NCBI GenBank assembly: GCA_041675825.1
Contig: JBAYTC010000002.1
Location: forward strand, 1-50,097
Origin: Bacilli bacterium
Lineage (GTDB): Bacteria; Bacillota_I; Bacilli_A; ML615J-28; CAG-698
Length of the DNA stretch: 50,097 nucleotides
Reading direction: 5' to 3'
Position 1 is the first letter of the stretch. Each line of letters starts with the position of its first letter. The position numbers and the translations under genes were made by a program. Shown piece by piece: positions 49,158-50,097 of the stretch. The notes under the pieces were generated by a model. The model was not told where the DNA came from. It made no database searches and saw only the letters and a program-made list of their open reading frames with translations.

Positions 49158-49196
49158 GAACACCACCAGTTCATATAACTTGGTGGTGTTCTTTTT
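49158..49196. terminator. Strong GC-rich hairpin 2 nt from the Fic-like gene stop; the better U-tract is on the plus strand
   Basis: GAACACCACCA gttcatataact TGGTGGTGTTC followed by T5 on the plus strand. On the minus strand it is followed by TTCATTAT. Confidence 0.75.
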
Positions 49197-49197
49197 A

Positions 49198-50097
49198 TTA
49201 TCCTTTTATCTTAATCCATTTTGCAGATCTACCTTTTGCTAAAGGTTTAATTATTTTTTCTTGCCTTAATTTAGATAATGTTCTGTTAATCGTAGATTCA
49301 CTTACATATGGGTGTTCTAATCTAATATCTTCTTTAGTAAATATCTCTGGTAGCTTTATAATTGTGTTCTCTACATTATCGGATTTGTTTAAACTAGAAT
49401 CGAACTTATATTCTTTTATAATGTCTTCAGTTCTTTCGAATGTTTTTATTATAAGTTCCATCATTAACCTAACAAAGCCTAAAGATTGTGAATATCCTTC
49501 TTTCCAGTTGTAACTTGCATTTTTTAATTCTGATTCAAATCTATCAAAATCGTTATAAATGAACTCAAACAAACTTGCATATTTCATCGAAGTTATATTA
49601 CATTTAAGTAATAATAAATATAATAATAAATATGATACTTCTTCGTTTTTTAATGCAAATGGTTTTAAATTATATATGTCAATAAAATAGTGTATATTCA
49701 AAACGATTTTTTCTAAATCTTTTTTTCTTGTAATCAAATTCACTTCGTCATTAATTTCATCAACGATTATTCTTTTGCTTTTCATACCTTGACTTTGGAG
49801 AATTGATTTATGCTCGGCCTCATCATAATCATATTTAATGTTTTGGTTTGGATGAATATAATTAACCAGGTTAATTAAATCATTGCTTTGCGTACCAAAA
49901 CTATTTTTATTCACATGAAATGATTTTAATAGCTCTTTTACTCCATATAGTGTGGCTTCGTCTTTGTTTCGAGGCTCACTATCTTTAGTGATAATTAATC
50001 TCATTCTTGCATCAGTCAGTTCTATGTTAGTAATCTTTGCGAAAAAATAAGCGTCTCTTTCAACCGTTTGACTAACAATTCTGTCTAAATCATTACC
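49198..50097 (-). CDS. Fic/DOC-family-like protein with a degenerate active-site motif and a C-terminal winged HTH (5' end beyond the window)
   Basis: The frame stays open from ATG 50004 to the window edge (31 more sense codons), so the gene is probably partial. IHYFIDIYNLKPFALKNEEVSYLLLYLLL occupies the position of ...IHPFxDGNGRxxRLL. The C-terminus ESTINRTLSKLRQEKIIKPLAKGRSAKWIKI is like Fic-associated wHTH tails. Confidence 0.55.
   Translation of the reverse strand, partial: GNDLDRIVSQTVERDAYFFAKITNIELTDARMRLIITKDSEPRNKDEATLYGVKELLKSFHVNKNSFGTQSNDLINLVNYIHPNQNIKYDYDEAEHKSILQSQGMKSKRIIVDEINDEVNLITRKKDLEKIVLNIHYFIDIYNLKPFALKNEEVSYLLLYLLLLKCNITSMKYASLFEFIYNDFDRFESELKNASYNWKEGYSQSLGFVRLMMELIIKTFERTEDIIKEYKFDSSLNKSDNVENTIIKLPEIFTKEDIRLEHPYVSESTINRTLSKLRQEKIIKPLAKGRSAKWIKIKG

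Noticed and set aside
1-50097. Looked for CRISPR arrays, tRNA/rRNA genes, long direct or inverted repeats, intact IS or prophage genes, and use of TGA as a sense codon (code 4).
   Set aside because: I noticed no periodic repeat-spacer structure, no tRNA-like GC-rich cloverleaf segments in any intergenic region, and no integrase or phage structural genes. Several conserved genes end at TGA exactly where homologues end, so code 4 is excluded. Repeat detection by eye over 50 kb is incomplete, so a dot-plot should confirm this.

Overview
Low-GC (about 30% or less by eye), tightly packed bacterial chromosome segment. Gene order is Bacillus-like and the markers are Firmicutes/Mollicutes-type (recU, rnhC, a T-box leader, ECF-type ThiT). 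TGA is a stop codon here (ATGA start/stop overlaps at 1601, 2890 and 29620; TGA stops at 19785 and 47440), so this is genetic code 11, not the Mycoplasma code. An Acholeplasma- or Erysipelotrichia-like host is a plausible but unproven guess. I call about 50 CDS, nearly all housekeeping: dnaJ-rsmE-mtaB-cshB, rpmG, ispG, rarA, apt-relA-dtd, nusB-xseA-xseB-ispA-dxs-recN, dinB-cvfB, hisS-aspS-tcdA-comEB-ylbL-lspA-rluD, rnhC, mutS2, bcp, thiT, recU, lepA-hemW-xerD-deoB. They sit in long, almost gap-free co-directional runs, each with one recognisable promoter and one hairpin terminator. Cis-regulatory RNAs are a T-box leader before hisS-aspS and a TPP riboswitch before thiT. One real small gene, rpmG (L33, 4279-4434, minus strand), is absent from the ORF track. 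I saw no rRNA, tRNA, CRISPR array or intact mobile element. Non-housekeeping content is limited to four places. (i) A self-contained three-gene block at 11.6-16.5 kb: a large TPR-GAF-PAS protein with degenerate GGDEF/EAL-like domains, a translationally coupled partner with an HEPN-type RNx4H motif, and a membrane protein. (ii) An ISNCY-type transposase N-terminal fragment abutting ispG. (iii) A yjbQ-family gene wedged between xseA and xseB. (iv) An ORF-free AT-rich stretch of about 0.8 kb followed by a Fic-like gene with a degenerate active-site motif at the right edge. Nothing matches a known defence or mobile system. My best candidate for something undescribed is block (i), but the support is by-eye motif matching only and needs profile and structure searches.
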